Assembly (NCBI GenBank): GCA_030141605.1
Contig: JAQGDQ010000822.1
Location: 27,575 to 91,574, forward strand
DNA from: Tubiluchus corallicola
Taxonomy: Eukaryota > Animalia > Priapulida
Length of the DNA: 64,000 nucleotides
Reading direction: 5' to 3'
The translations under genes were made by a program, and so were the position numbers. A model generated the notes under the pieces. That model ran no database searches and was not told where the DNA came from. It saw only the letters and a list, made by a program, of their open reading frames with translations. This document shows, in pieces, positions 39,537 to 50,924 of the stretch. Numbering within the stretch: the stretch's first letter is position 1; each line of letters starts with the position of its first letter.

Positions 39537-39770
39537 CAGTTTTCACTTGATATTTCAACGTTTCCTTGCAGTCTGAAAGAAGTTGAGCTAAATTTTGTGG
39601 TTCTCTTGTGATCTCCAAGTCGAGAATTTCTTTCAGTTGATGAGGTTGATGAAAGTCCAGGATCTTTGTAGACCGGTCATGCTCCTTGTGTATGTAGTCG
39701 ATACAGGTATCAATGACACGCAGTAAGAATTGTGCCGTAGCTTGATTACCTCCTTGTGATGGTAAAAGAT
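39537..39770 (-). CDS. GAD: Internal coding exon of glutamate decarboxylase (PLP-dependent group II decarboxylase)
   Basis: tttatttcAG|ATCTTTTACCA...GTGAAAACTG|GTaaga; 234 bp, phase 1-1, no stops; (D)LLPSQGGNQATAQFLLRVIDTCIDYIHKEHDRSTKILDFHQPHQLKEILDLEITREPQNLAQLLSDCKETLKYQVKT(G), aligning to GAD65/67 DLLP...FLL.V.D...DRSTKVLDFHHPHQL...CRDTLKYGVRTG. Confidence 0.9.
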
Positions 39771-39879
39771 CTGAAATAAAGACAAAACTTCGTAATACAT
39801 TGTCATTTCGTTCATACTGAAAGGTAAATGCATATACACATCATAAGACCATTCGTTTGAATAATATTGATCAAGAACT

Positions 39880-40515
39880 ACACAACTAGACAAACGTAAG
39901 GCAGGTAGACAAAAATTCAAAGCTTCAATAACTAACCTGTAAAAAACTTTAAAATTCCCAATCATTGAACCACACAAAGAATATTTTACTCTGCTTTTTA
40001 TATTTAAATACATTAACAACATCAGCAAACCATTCCAAAATAACAGATTTACCTTTTTTCAAAATCCTATCGTTAATTCCAGAACAAGCAATCTAAAACA
40101 AATTAGGACAAATACCCACTATGGAACGAACTCTGTAATCAAACAAGCAATTCTACTTTGGAATTCTCTACCATTACAGGTTAAACAAATCAAGTCCCTA
40201 TCAGCATTTAAAACAAAATTAAAATAACTAATATTTACCAGATATGAAATACCATCACACCAGTACGACAAAATTCAGAATTCACAGATCCACGGCCATA
40301 TTAATTAAATCATAATTTTTCATTTTTTGTGCATAGTTGTAAATATGTTTGATTTTATTCGTCGTTACTTTCCATTACTGCACAGTAGTTTAGATTGCAC
40401 TGACGCATTTGCCTTTAGCAGTGTAAGTTTTTATTAACTAACACTGATTGATCATCTCTGTAAAGTTTTTATCAGTGATTATCAATGTATTTTAATGGCA
40501 AATAAAGATTATACA
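39880..40515 (+). mobile_element. Decayed CR1/L2-like LINE 3' end
   Basis: RTNTHYGTNSVIKQAILLWNSLPLQVKQIKSLSAFKTKLK followed by UTR and AATAAAG. Confidence 0.65.
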
Positions 40516-40634
40516 TATATATATATATAACTACCCACCCAAGATGGGGAAAGTTGGGTTAGGCAAGACGAAAACTAGGAGCAGGAACAACGAAACCGTC
40601 TTATAAGGTTATTTAATAGGCAGATAAGTTGATA

Positions 40635-41290
40635 ATTTTTATTATTATTATTATTATTATTTATTATTATTATCACATTCAGTACAATATAATGACATTA
40701 AGCACACAGTGACATCAAAATTATTACGTCATACTGTATAAAATTGTTATGTTTCATACACTATCATTATCGTAAAAGAATAATTGTACTGCAGTGAGCT
40801 AGAGAAGCAAAGGCTTGTATAAGCCCACTGTCATGTGAACCTGATAAAAAAAGAATGGATGATTGAACAAAAAAGAACTGGGAGAAAGGTTAGATCACAC
40901 AGGAAGGGTAGAAGGATGTGTTAGTGGAAATGGTAGGAAGAAAGATAATAGATTGTGCTATGTTGACATCAGCTCTAAAGATTTATCAATGATGCCTTGT
41001 TTTGCATAATCTGTACCAGGATTGTGGTATGACTGCTGCAGTAGGTGTAGGAAATTAGGAAGTGTTGTACTTGTTGAGAATCATTGCTCTGTAGTTCTTT
41101 TTAAATATTTGAATTGGCTGAACAGTTTTTAATTCATCATTTATGTCACTCCAAAGCCTTGGACCAACATTTGCAATGAACTGCCACGTCTGTTCTACAG
41201 AAATTTACGACAAACTCATTCATTCTGGTTGCGTAACACCGATTATTTGGTTGGACTGGATTATTAAAGAACGTTGGAAGCAACAAGGAA
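40635..41290 (-). mobile_element. Decayed LINE 3' end related to the arm LINE
   Basis: Minus strand NFCRTD..FIANVGPRLWSDINDELK resembles YCRTDAARHFITNTGPRLWNNINEYIK; (AAT)n tail near 40640-40670. Confidence 0.6.
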
Positions 41291-41796
41291 AATAAAATAC
41301 TTATATGGGAGTAAGTAAACAAGCAGCATAGAGCAATAATTACGTAAACAAATTCCTATAAATCTAAATAAGAGTGCTATTAAAAACTTCTAGATGTGCT
41401 GGTAGGTAAGTCGGTGAAACAGTAAGTAAGAAGGTAAGTGGGCAAGGAGATGCTTGGGTGTATAAATTGTTAGTATTTAGTGTCTGTAGTACAAATAAAT
41501 AGGTAAGCAGGAGGGTGGGATGGACAGAAACGTAGATGGAGAGTGGCAGGTAGATATGTAGGCAGACAGGTTAGCAAGCTGGCATCTAGGTACACAAACA
41601 GGTAGATAAGTAGATAGGTTAGGCGAGTAATTAAGCAAGTAGGAACAAACCTAGGTAGCAGACAGGTAACGTAAACGTAAGTAGGTAGACAGACAGGCAG
41701 GTAGGTGGCAAGTAAACAGGAAATGACGTACACAAGTGTGAGGCTTACCCGTTAAAGTTGTTGTTAATAATTTTAATGTGTTTTATTATGTATATT

Positions 41797-42520
41797 AGGA
41801 AAGACTGGAACAACTAAGGGAAAGACTGGAACAACTAAGGGAAAGACTGGAACAACTAAGGGAAAGACTGGAACAACTAAGGGACAGACTGGAGCAACTG
41901 AGGGAAAGACTGGAACAACTAAGGGAAAGACTGGAGCAACTGAGGGAAAGACTGGAGCAACTAAGGGAAAGACTGGAACAACTAAGGGAAAGACTGGAGC
42001 AACTGAGGGAAAGACTGGAACAACTAAGGGAAAGACTGGAACGACTGAGGGAAAGACTGGAGCAACTAAGGAAGAGACTGAAACAACTAAGGGAAAGACT
42101 GGAGCAACTAAGGGGAAAGACTGGAACAACTGAGTGAACAGCTGAAGGAAAGACTGGAGCAACTGAGGGAAAGACTGGAACAACTAAGGGAAAGACTGGA
42201 ACAACTAAGGGAAAGACTGGAACAACTAAGGAAGAGACTGGAACAACTAAGGGAAAGACTGGAACAACTAAGGAAGAGATTGGAACAACTAAGGGAAAGA
42301 CTGGAACAACTAAGGAAGAGTCTGGAACAACTAAGGGAAAGACTGGAACAACTAAGGGAAAGACTGTAGCAACTAAGGAAGAGACTGGAACAACTAAGGG
42401 AAAGACTGGAACAACTAAGGAAGAGTCTGGAACGACTGAGGGAAAGACTGGAGCAACTAAGGAAGAGACTGGAACAACTAAGGGAAAGACTGGAACAACT
42501 GAGGAAGAGTCTGGAACAAC
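41797..42520. repeat. 21-bp satellite (~34 units) at the inner end of the right arm
   Basis: Unit GGAAAGACTGGAACAACTAAG, reverse complement of the left array. Confidence 0.96.
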
Positions 42521-42614
42521 CGTGTTGGACGTGCTCTATGCATTAGTAAAACCACGTAGATAAGAAAAAAGTAGATTGACCGAAAACAGGAAAATGATAT
42601 GATTATGTACTAAT

Positions 42615-43141
42615 AAGATTACTATAGGAACAACTAGAATTGCATATGAGTGTTCATAAGTGTTCAGTCTTCATGCAAGACAGAGCTCCTTGCCACAGAT
42701 CGAAGGTGACCACCAATTTCCTCAGGGAGAAGAACATCGCCGTACTTGAATGGCCTGGAAACAGTCTGGACCTCAATCCGATAGAGAATCTCTGGGAGAT
42801 ACTGAAGGATAAGATGGCAGACAGGCAGCTATCAAGTGCTGAAGACTTGCGAAGAGTTCTCAAGGACGTTTAGGTTAAAGAAATTACTTCCGAGTACTGC
42901 CAAAACCTAATTTCCAGTATGCCTCTTAGAATGAAGGCAGTGATTGACAACTTCGGCGGCCATACAAAGTACTAAAATGTTCAAGGACTGTGACTATTTT
43001 TGGATAAAAAGATACAAACTATGCTGTAGTATATGTTTCTAGAAGAATAAATGAATAGTTTTTAGATGGAACCGTGTTAAACGATGGTTTGTTAATTTTC
43101 ATGAAAAAATCACTTTGGTCTTAAACTTTTGCAAATGATTG
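42615..43141 (+). mobile_element. Tc1 (DD34E) C-terminal fragment and terminus
   Basis: Same 77-aa translation as 34872-35105. Confidence 0.9.
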
Positions 43142-43372
43142 TATATACACTATAAGCAATTAAATTATTTCCACATGCGCTATAAAATGTTGTAGGTTGT
43201 CATCGGAAACGACGGGAAGAAACGTTTCTAAAGCAATTATTAAGCCAAATTAAATTACTGCTTGCTGAAATCCGATATGAAGTCGTTACCTTGTTAGCTA
43301 GAGAAAAAACGGCAGCGCAAAAATACTTTTGGATTTTGTGACAAGAAAATTGTGACGAGGCGAGCGTGCAGG

Positions 43373-43380
43373 TATAAATA
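43373..43380 (+). promoter_or_regulatory. Putative TATA box of the arm GPCR genes
   Basis: GG-TATAAATA about 110 bp upstream of the ATG; retained upstream of all four arm copies (~29156, ~34365, ~48914). Confidence 0.5.
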
Positions 43381-43485
43381 CAAACAGACAGATACCCATG
43401 AGCACAAAACATGTGAGCCATTCTGAGGAACTAGTTGATTGGCGTGCGTTAGGAGTTGTTTACGAGAGCATAAAGTTAGAGGTAT

Positions 43486-44499
43486 ATGAACGGGATGGTT
43501 GGTACAAACTTCTGGGAGAACAGGATGGGTATGGATGGTACAAACGTCTGGGAGAACAGGATGGGTATGGATGGTACAGAAGTTTACAATACAAGCAGCT
43601 CTGATTCCTCAGAGTGGAAGATGATCATTGGATGTTTATTCATTAGTCTCGGTTTCCTGACAACATTTTCTAATTTATTAATCGTGTTAAACATTTACTT
43701 CTCCACGCCTCTTCATAAGATTCCTTACTATATTCTGTGTAATCAAGCAGTGAGTGACGGTGGCGTTGGTGTTGCCGCCATCGCTTTGGGAACTGTTTAC
43801 TTTTGCGAACTAGACAGAGATATGGTCTACTGCCTCGTTCTCACAGCATTTGTCCTCGCTTTTCAATTTTCTGCCGTTCTGTCCATAGTTGCCATAACGT
43901 TTGAAAGATACGTTGCCGTTATGTATCCGCTTCGATACGATGCCATGGTTACTGAGAAACGCCTGATCGTCGGACTGACCTCAGTTTGGATGTCTGCTAT
44001 GATTTCTGGAACAATAACAGCTGGCTTACAAGGTAACGACCCGACAGCCTTTACAGACTACTGTCTAACTTCTGCCAATGCATCTCCGACACTGACATAC
44101 GCTTGGATAGTCGTCATAACGTTTTTTCTAATTTTTCCTTTCCTTATATTGATCCTTTATGTGAGAATCATCAAGGCAAGTTTACATCAGATAAATAGGA
44201 TCGAGTCGTCTAATACGGAAGAGGTACAGCGACATCGTGCGGGTGTTGCAAGAACAAAACTGGCTGTGACTATTGCTATGAACGTTGGTCTTTACTTCTT
44301 GCTATGGTATCCGTTTTTTATCAAAGGTCTTTTGTATCATACCGGGCTAAGCAACATCACGGACATGAAACACATGATAGGTTTTCTCTTACTGGGAGAA
44401 ATTAACAGCGTTACAAATGTATTTATTTACGCTTTTCGTTTGAAAGAATTCAGAAAAGGTATGAAAAGAATGTATCCCGTAAAGTTGTGTACTGCTTAA
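43486..44499 (+). CDS. Intronless class A GPCR, inner-right copy
   Basis: 337-aa ORF with ATG start; ERY, WYP, NVFIY motifs; AATAAA directly after the stop. Confidence 0.93.
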   Translation: MNGMVGTNFWENRMGMDGTNVWENRMGMDGTEVYNTSSSDSSEWKMIIGCLFISLGFLTTFSNLLIVLNIYFSTPLHKIPYYILCNQAVSDGGVGVAAIALGTVYFCELDRDMVYCLVLTAFVLAFQFSAVLSIVAITFERYVAVMYPLRYDAMVTEKRLIVGLTSVWMSAMISGTITAGLQGNDPTAFTDYCLTSANASPTLTYAWIVVITFFLIFPFLILILYVRIIKASLHQINRIESSNTEEVQRHRAGVARTKLAVTIAMNVGLYFLLWYPFFIKGLLYHTGLSNITDMKHMIGFLLLGEINSVTNVFIYAFRLKEFRKGMKRMYPVKLCTA

Positions 44500-45279
44500 A
44501 CAATAAATAAATAAAGTTAATCAAATAGTTATTTTTATCTAACTTGCAAAGCCATAAACTAAACTAAACTGTGTATTTTCTTGATTGCAAAATGGTTTAA
44601 TCAGCAACTTATAGACGTAAGCATTGTGAATTTCTTCCTGTAAACGAAACCAGAATATATATTTCCACTAATTCACTTGCAATTTCAATTGACATAATAA
44701 AATCTAGAACCAAGTCAATATTTTTCCCGCTAACTGATGAAAAGTTGAGCATTTTTCACAACAGTGTTAGACGCAGCTGTAGCTAAATGTCCCAAACGTA
44801 CCTGCTGCAGGGGTGTGTGAAATAACTTGCACGCTGATTGGGCAGTCAACGAAAATGATTGACATTACGTTAGACGTCATTTGCTTTAGTATCTGGAGGA
44901 GGAGGCGACAGCATAATGCTCGTTCCTCCTCCTTACAGTGACTAGTATCACTTATAATGTGAAATAATGTTTGTAGCTAAACGTATATGTATGTATTATT
45001 CACTGTGAAAATTCAGTTCAAATCACTTGTATTCAGCTTAAACAATAAATAAACGCGCTGTACGGTGTACTGTCCATTCTTGTTGTAGTAAGTAAGTAGT
45101 TGAAATGTAAATGTCACTTATTTGTAAACTTAATGGACTATTGTCGTGTGGCCTATGTCTGGCAGCGTATTTAGTTTTAAAATCTGTGAAATCCCGACAG
45201 CTAATAGCCTATAAATGTTGTTCTCGATTTTAGGAATTTATTATTACTTCCTTAATAATAATGAATTAATATTAATTAT

Positions 45280-47498
45280 GATCCCACTATTCGTGAATAC
45301 AAACAGTATCGTAATAGGTTAAACAACATAATAAAACTCTCTAAATCTAATTCTTATCAAAACAAACTGGAACATGTTAAAACTAACTTGAAGAAAACGT
45401 GGATTATTATGAAATAAATTTTGCAGTCAAATAGAAAATCTGGTTCATATACTCTTAAAATTAACAACAAATTAATAACTGACAATAAATCTGTCGCTTG
45501 TGCTTTCAACGAGCATTTCTCACAGATTGGTCAAAAATTAGCTGCAGAAATTCCAAATACTGGTGTCAACCCTAAAGTTTATCTTAAGGGTGATTATCAG
45601 TCTACTCTTTTCTTCAGTCCTGTTACAATAAATGAATTAAAATCTACATGTAAATCTTTCAACCGTAATAAAGGGGCAGGCTTTGACACCTTTCTCCCCA
45701 AAGTCACAATTGATTTAATTGATAACTTAGCTGCTCCTTTAACACATATAATCAATTGTTCATTAACAACAGGAAAATTACCTTATCAACTTAAAAAATC
45801 AGTAATTATTCATGTGTTTAAGGCTAAAGACTCCTTAGATATTAATAACTATAGACCCATATCATTATTACCTTTTTTCTCTAAAATATTAGAAAAAATA
45901 GTCCATAAAAGATTATTAGACTACTTGACTATACATAGTGTACTTTATAATCATCAGTATGGCTTTAGAAAGGGTAGCTCTACACAGCTAGCCCTAATAA
46001 ATATAATAAACAACGTAATTAATTCATTAGAACAAAACGCTGTTGCCATTGGCATTTTTGCGATCTCTCTAAGGCCTTTGATAGAGTTAATCATGCTATT
46101 CTGTTAGATAAGTTATTCCACTATGGCATTAGAGGGGTCGCATACTCATGGTTTGCTAATTACTTCAAGGATCGAACTCAAGCAGTCAAATGTAACAATG
46201 TTTTTTCCAACGAAGCAATAGTCACACACGGAGTACCCCAGGGATCTATTTTGGGACCTCTGTTGTTTTTAATATACATTAATGACTTACAAAACTGTAT
46301 TACTGACAATGGAAAGGTCTTCCAATTTGCTGATGACACAAGTATTTTTTTCAAGATCAACAGCAAGTTACTTAACACTAATATTATTAATAGTGAACTC
46401 AGTAAAATTACAGCCTGGTTTAAAATCAATAAATTAGCACTAAACTCAACTAAAACTAAATACATTTTATTCAGAGCTCGCAACAAACCCATAAATATGA
46501 ACAGTATTATAAAAATTGATGGTAATGCTGTAGAACAAGTAAGTGAAATGAAGTTCCTAGGGGTTATGTTAAATGAACACCTAGATTGGAAACCACACTT
46601 AAACATGATTCATTCTTAAGTTGCTAAAAACATCGGGTTAATCAGTCGAGTTAAACATTGTTTTACAAAAGAACACCTAATCACTCTTTATAATTGTCTA
46701 GTACTGCCATACTTAACCTACTGTAATATACTTTGGGGGCACACCTACCCTTCAACTCTAGTTAAACTAAACTCTCTACAACGTAAATTTGTAAGATTGA
46801 TAGGTAATTTGAACAAGCGTGAACATGTAGGTCTTAATCTTTTTGAGAATTATTCTATCCTAGTGCTAAATGATCTAATAAACCTGAATACCGCTGTGTA
46901 CATCTACAAAACCAAACATAAACTTCTCCCCGCTTTCTTTTTAAACCCATTATCTATTAACGTAAGACATTACTCAACAAGATTTAACGAATTTTGTATT
47001 AAGTATTGCAGGACTGACGCGGCAAGGCACTTCATCACTAACACTGGCCCTAGACTTTGGAATAACATAAACGAATACATAAAAAAATTCTTTATCTATA
47101 AATAACTTCAAAAGAAATCTTAAAAGTGAAATCTTTTCTATTTATACAGAATAAATCAATTTGATTAATTACACTGCTGTCCCTGTCGGAATCCATTGTG
47201 TTGCTGGCTATGTCAATTTTTACATTTCTATAGTTCATGTTACTTCATACAGATACCACCACACCTTTCTTCTTCTTTCTATTTTCTATTAACCTTTCTT
47301 CTACTCCTTTACTGCTCTTTTCTATTACACTTAGTCCACATTCATTTGGGGTACTCTAAACAAGTAAATACTTCTTGAGTACCCCACGGGTCATTTGCAG
47401 CTTGGCATCTTGAACACATAATAATAAATATATTATTAAATACTTTTATGTACAGTGCTGTAATGATCATTGTGGGTATATTTAATAAATAAATAAAT
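45280..47498 (+). mobile_element. CR1/L2-group LINE, mirror copy
   Basis: Same RT motifs and frameshift as 30116-32450, with an extra stop at 46617-46619. Confidence 0.92.
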
Positions 47499-48139
47499 AG
47501 AAAGCGGAAGAACAGGGCTACAAGAGGATGTGCTATATTTCAGGACACGTCCACCAAAAGGAGTGCAGACGAGTTAATTAGATGTTCTATTTTTGGCAAT
47601 TTTCGCTCGGAAAGCTACTGACGCAAAGCCATTGTTCTGGCGTCACCCATTATACTCTGTCTATAAACTTATAACCTTAATTCAGTAAAAGCTGCTGCTC
47701 GCTTTGCGTTGTAAATGAGGACTACGTAGGATGTTCGCGTATTATTGATTATAAGTGTATTTATACGCAATGTTTTGCGGGGCCTTTGCTAGTCCTTAAA
47801 TAATGCTTTAGAGGCAAATGAAATAGCGAGCATCTTTGTGGGGGATTGTTTTTGTAGATGTGGGAAGTTACGGGGATATCAAAGTTGACTGTGTAGCTGC
47901 CCTGATATACGTTTCATAAAGATTTTTTTGTAAAAAAATGTGTAGTACATTTTACATTCAATTACCCTAGACCAATTATAATATATTAGTTTTATTTCCA
48001 CAAACCGTCACAGGAGGCTGAAACCACTTTATGCCGTTAAGGACAATATCGTCAATTAAATTACCGTGTTGGACTTGCTCCTTGTAGATGAGAAAAAAAG
48101 TAGAGTTGAAAGAAAACAGGAAAATGATATGATTATGTA

Positions 48140-48673
48140 CTAATAAGATTACTATAGGAACAACTAGAATTGCATATGAGCGCTCATAAGTGTTCAGTCT
48201 TCATGCAAGACAGAGCTCCTTGCCACAGATCGAAGGTGACCACCAATTTCCTCAGGGAGAAGAACATCGCCGTACTTGAATGGCCTGGAAACAGCCCAGA
48301 CCTCAACCCGATAGAGAATCTCTGGGAGATACTGAAGGATGAGGTAGCAGACAGGCAGATCTCAAGTGCTGAAGACTTGCGAAGAGTTATCAAGGACGTT
48401 TGGGTTAAAGAAATTACTTCCGAGTACTGCCAAAACCTAATTTCCAGTATGCCTCTTAGAATGAAGGCAGTGATTGAAAAACTTCGGCCGCCATACAAAG
48501 TACCAAAATGTTCAAGGACTGTGACTATTTTTGGATAAAAACATACAAACTATGCTGTAATATATTTTTCTAGAAGAATAAATAAATCGTTTTTAGATGG
48601 AACCGTGTTAAACGATGGTTTGTTAATTTTCATGAAAAAAATCACGATGGTCTTAAACTTTTGCAAATGATTG
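48140..48673 (+). mobile_element. Tc1 (DD34E) C-terminal fragment and terminus
   Basis: QDRAPCH...WPGNSPDLNPIENLW...LISSMPLRMKAVI. Confidence 0.92.
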
Positions 48674-49035
48674 TATATACACTATAAGCAATTAAATTAT
48701 TTCCCTAGGCGCTATAAAATGTTATAGGTTGTCAACGGAAACGACATGAAATAACGTTTTTATAGTAATTATTATTCAAGCCAAATTAAATTACTGCTTG
48801 CTGAAATCCGAGATGAAGTCGTTACCTTTTTAACTAGAGAAAAAGCGACAGCGCAAAAATACAAAGGGATTTTGTGACAAGATAATTGTGATGAGCTAAG
48901 CATGCAGTGCAGGTATAAATACAAACAGACAGATACCCATGAGCACAAGACATATGAGCCATACTGAGGAATTAGTTGATTGGCGTGCGTTAGGAATTGT
49001 TTACGAGAGCATAAAGTTAGAGGTATTTGAACGGG

Positions 49036-50040
49036 ATGGATGGTACAAACGTCTGGGAGAACAGGATGGGTATGGATGGTACAAACGTCTGGGAGAACAG
49101 GATGGGTATGGGTGATACAGAAGTTTACAATACAAGCAGCTCTGATTCCTCAGAATGGAAGATGATCATAGGATGTTTATTCATTAGTCTCGGTTTCCTG
49201 ACAACATTTGCTAATTTATTAATCGTGTTAATCATTTACTTCTCCACGCCTCTTCATAAGATTCCTTACTATATTCTGTGTAATCAAGCAATGAGTGACG
49301 GTGGCGTTGGTGTTGTCGCCATGGCTGCGGGAACACTTTACTTTTGCGAACTAGACAGAGATATGGTCTACTGCCTCGTTCTCACAGCATTTGCTCTCTG
49401 TTTTCAATTTTCAACCGTTCTGTCCATAGTTGCCATAACGTTTGAAAGATATGTTGCCGTTATGTATCCGCTTCGATACGACGCCATGGTAACTGAGAAA
49501 CGCCTGATCGTCGGATTGACCTCAGTTTGGATGTCTGCTATGCTTTCTGGAACAATAGCGGCTGGCTTTCAAAGTAGCGACCCGACTGCCCATACAGACT
49601 ACTGTCTACCTTCTGCCAATGTATCTCCGACACTGACATACGCTTGGATAGCCAACGTAACGTTTTTTCTAATTTTCCCTTTCCTTATATTGATTCTTTA
49701 TGTGAAAATCATCAAGGCAAGTTTACATCAGATAAATAGGATCGAGTCGTCTAATACGGAAGTGGTACAGCGTCATCGTGCGGGTGTTGCAAGAACAAAA
49801 CTGGCTGTGACTATTGCTATGAACGTTGGTCTTTACTTCTTGCTATGGTATCCGTTTTTTATCAAACGTCTTTTGTATTATACCGGGCTAAGCAACATCA
49901 CGGACATGAAACACATGATAGGTTTTCTCTTACTGGGAGAAATTAACAGCGTTACAAATGTATTTATTTACGCTTTTCGTTTGAAAGAATTCAGAAAAGG
50001 TATGAAAAGAATGCATCCCGCGAAGTTGTGTACTGCTTAA
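49036..50040 (+). CDS. Intronless class A GPCR, outer-right copy
   Basis: Intact ORF; first in-frame ATG at 49036; same family motifs. Confidence 0.92.
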   Translation: MDGTNVWENRMGMDGTNVWENRMGMGDTEVYNTSSSDSSEWKMIIGCLFISLGFLTTFANLLIVLIIYFSTPLHKIPYYILCNQAMSDGGVGVVAMAAGTLYFCELDRDMVYCLVLTAFALCFQFSTVLSIVAITFERYVAVMYPLRYDAMVTEKRLIVGLTSVWMSAMLSGTIAAGFQSSDPTAHTDYCLPSANVSPTLTYAWIANVTFFLIFPFLILILYVKIIKASLHQINRIESSNTEVVQRHRAGVARTKLAVTIAMNVGLYFLLWYPFFIKRLLYYTGLSNITDMKHMIGFLLLGEINSVTNVFIYAFRLKEFRKGMKRMHPAKLCTA

Positions 50041-50924
50041 ACAATAAATAAATAAAGTTAATCAAATAGTTATTTTTATCTAACTTGTAAAGCCATAAAC
50101 CAAACTAAACTGTGTATTTTCTTGATTGCAAAATGGTTTAATCAGCAACTTATAGACGTAAGCGTTGTGCATTTCTTCCTACAAACGAAACTAGACTATA
50201 TATTTCCACTAATTCACTTGCAATTTCAATTGACAATAATAAAATCTAGAACCAGGCTAATATTTCTCCCGCTAACTAATGAAAAGTTGAGCATTTTTCA
50301 TGACAGTGTTACAACGGAGCTGTAGCTAAATATCCCGAACGTACCTGCTGCAGGGGTGTGTGAAACAACTTGCACGCTGATTGGGCAGTCAACGAAAATG
50401 ATTGACATTATGTTAGACTTTCAAGTTCCTCCTGATGACTCCTCAAAAACCTGTAACTGTATTTGTCTTTTTGTTATCCTTACTTCCTTCATAACATATC
50501 CCTTGAAAAATATTATAACTATATGTATATATAAAAAATAAAATTTCTTTTTCTCTACACTAACACAAACTATTCTATAATTATTAATTACAATCCTGCA
50601 AAAATCAAAATATAATCACCTCTCAAAAAACTCAAAAATATAATATGTGAAACATACTCCCATGACCATCTTTATCCAAACTGTTTTTTATCGCTATTCT
50701 GTTCTTACTGACCTGCCTTACTTTTCCTTTTTCACATTTATTACATAATTCTTTTCTCTCTAGTACAAACTACATATACTAACAATTGCCAGGTGCCACT
50801 TAGCTGGTCGGCCGCTACTTAGCGATTTGCTTCAGTACAACCTAAGACATATGCTCGTACCTAGCATAACCTCTTTGGTTATCGCATTTCAAGGACCAAT
50901 TTTTACATTGGTTTTCACAAACAC

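Noticed and set aside
39633-40028. 131-aa minus-strand ORF
   Set aside because: Wrong frame over the GAD exon plus antisense LINE sequence.
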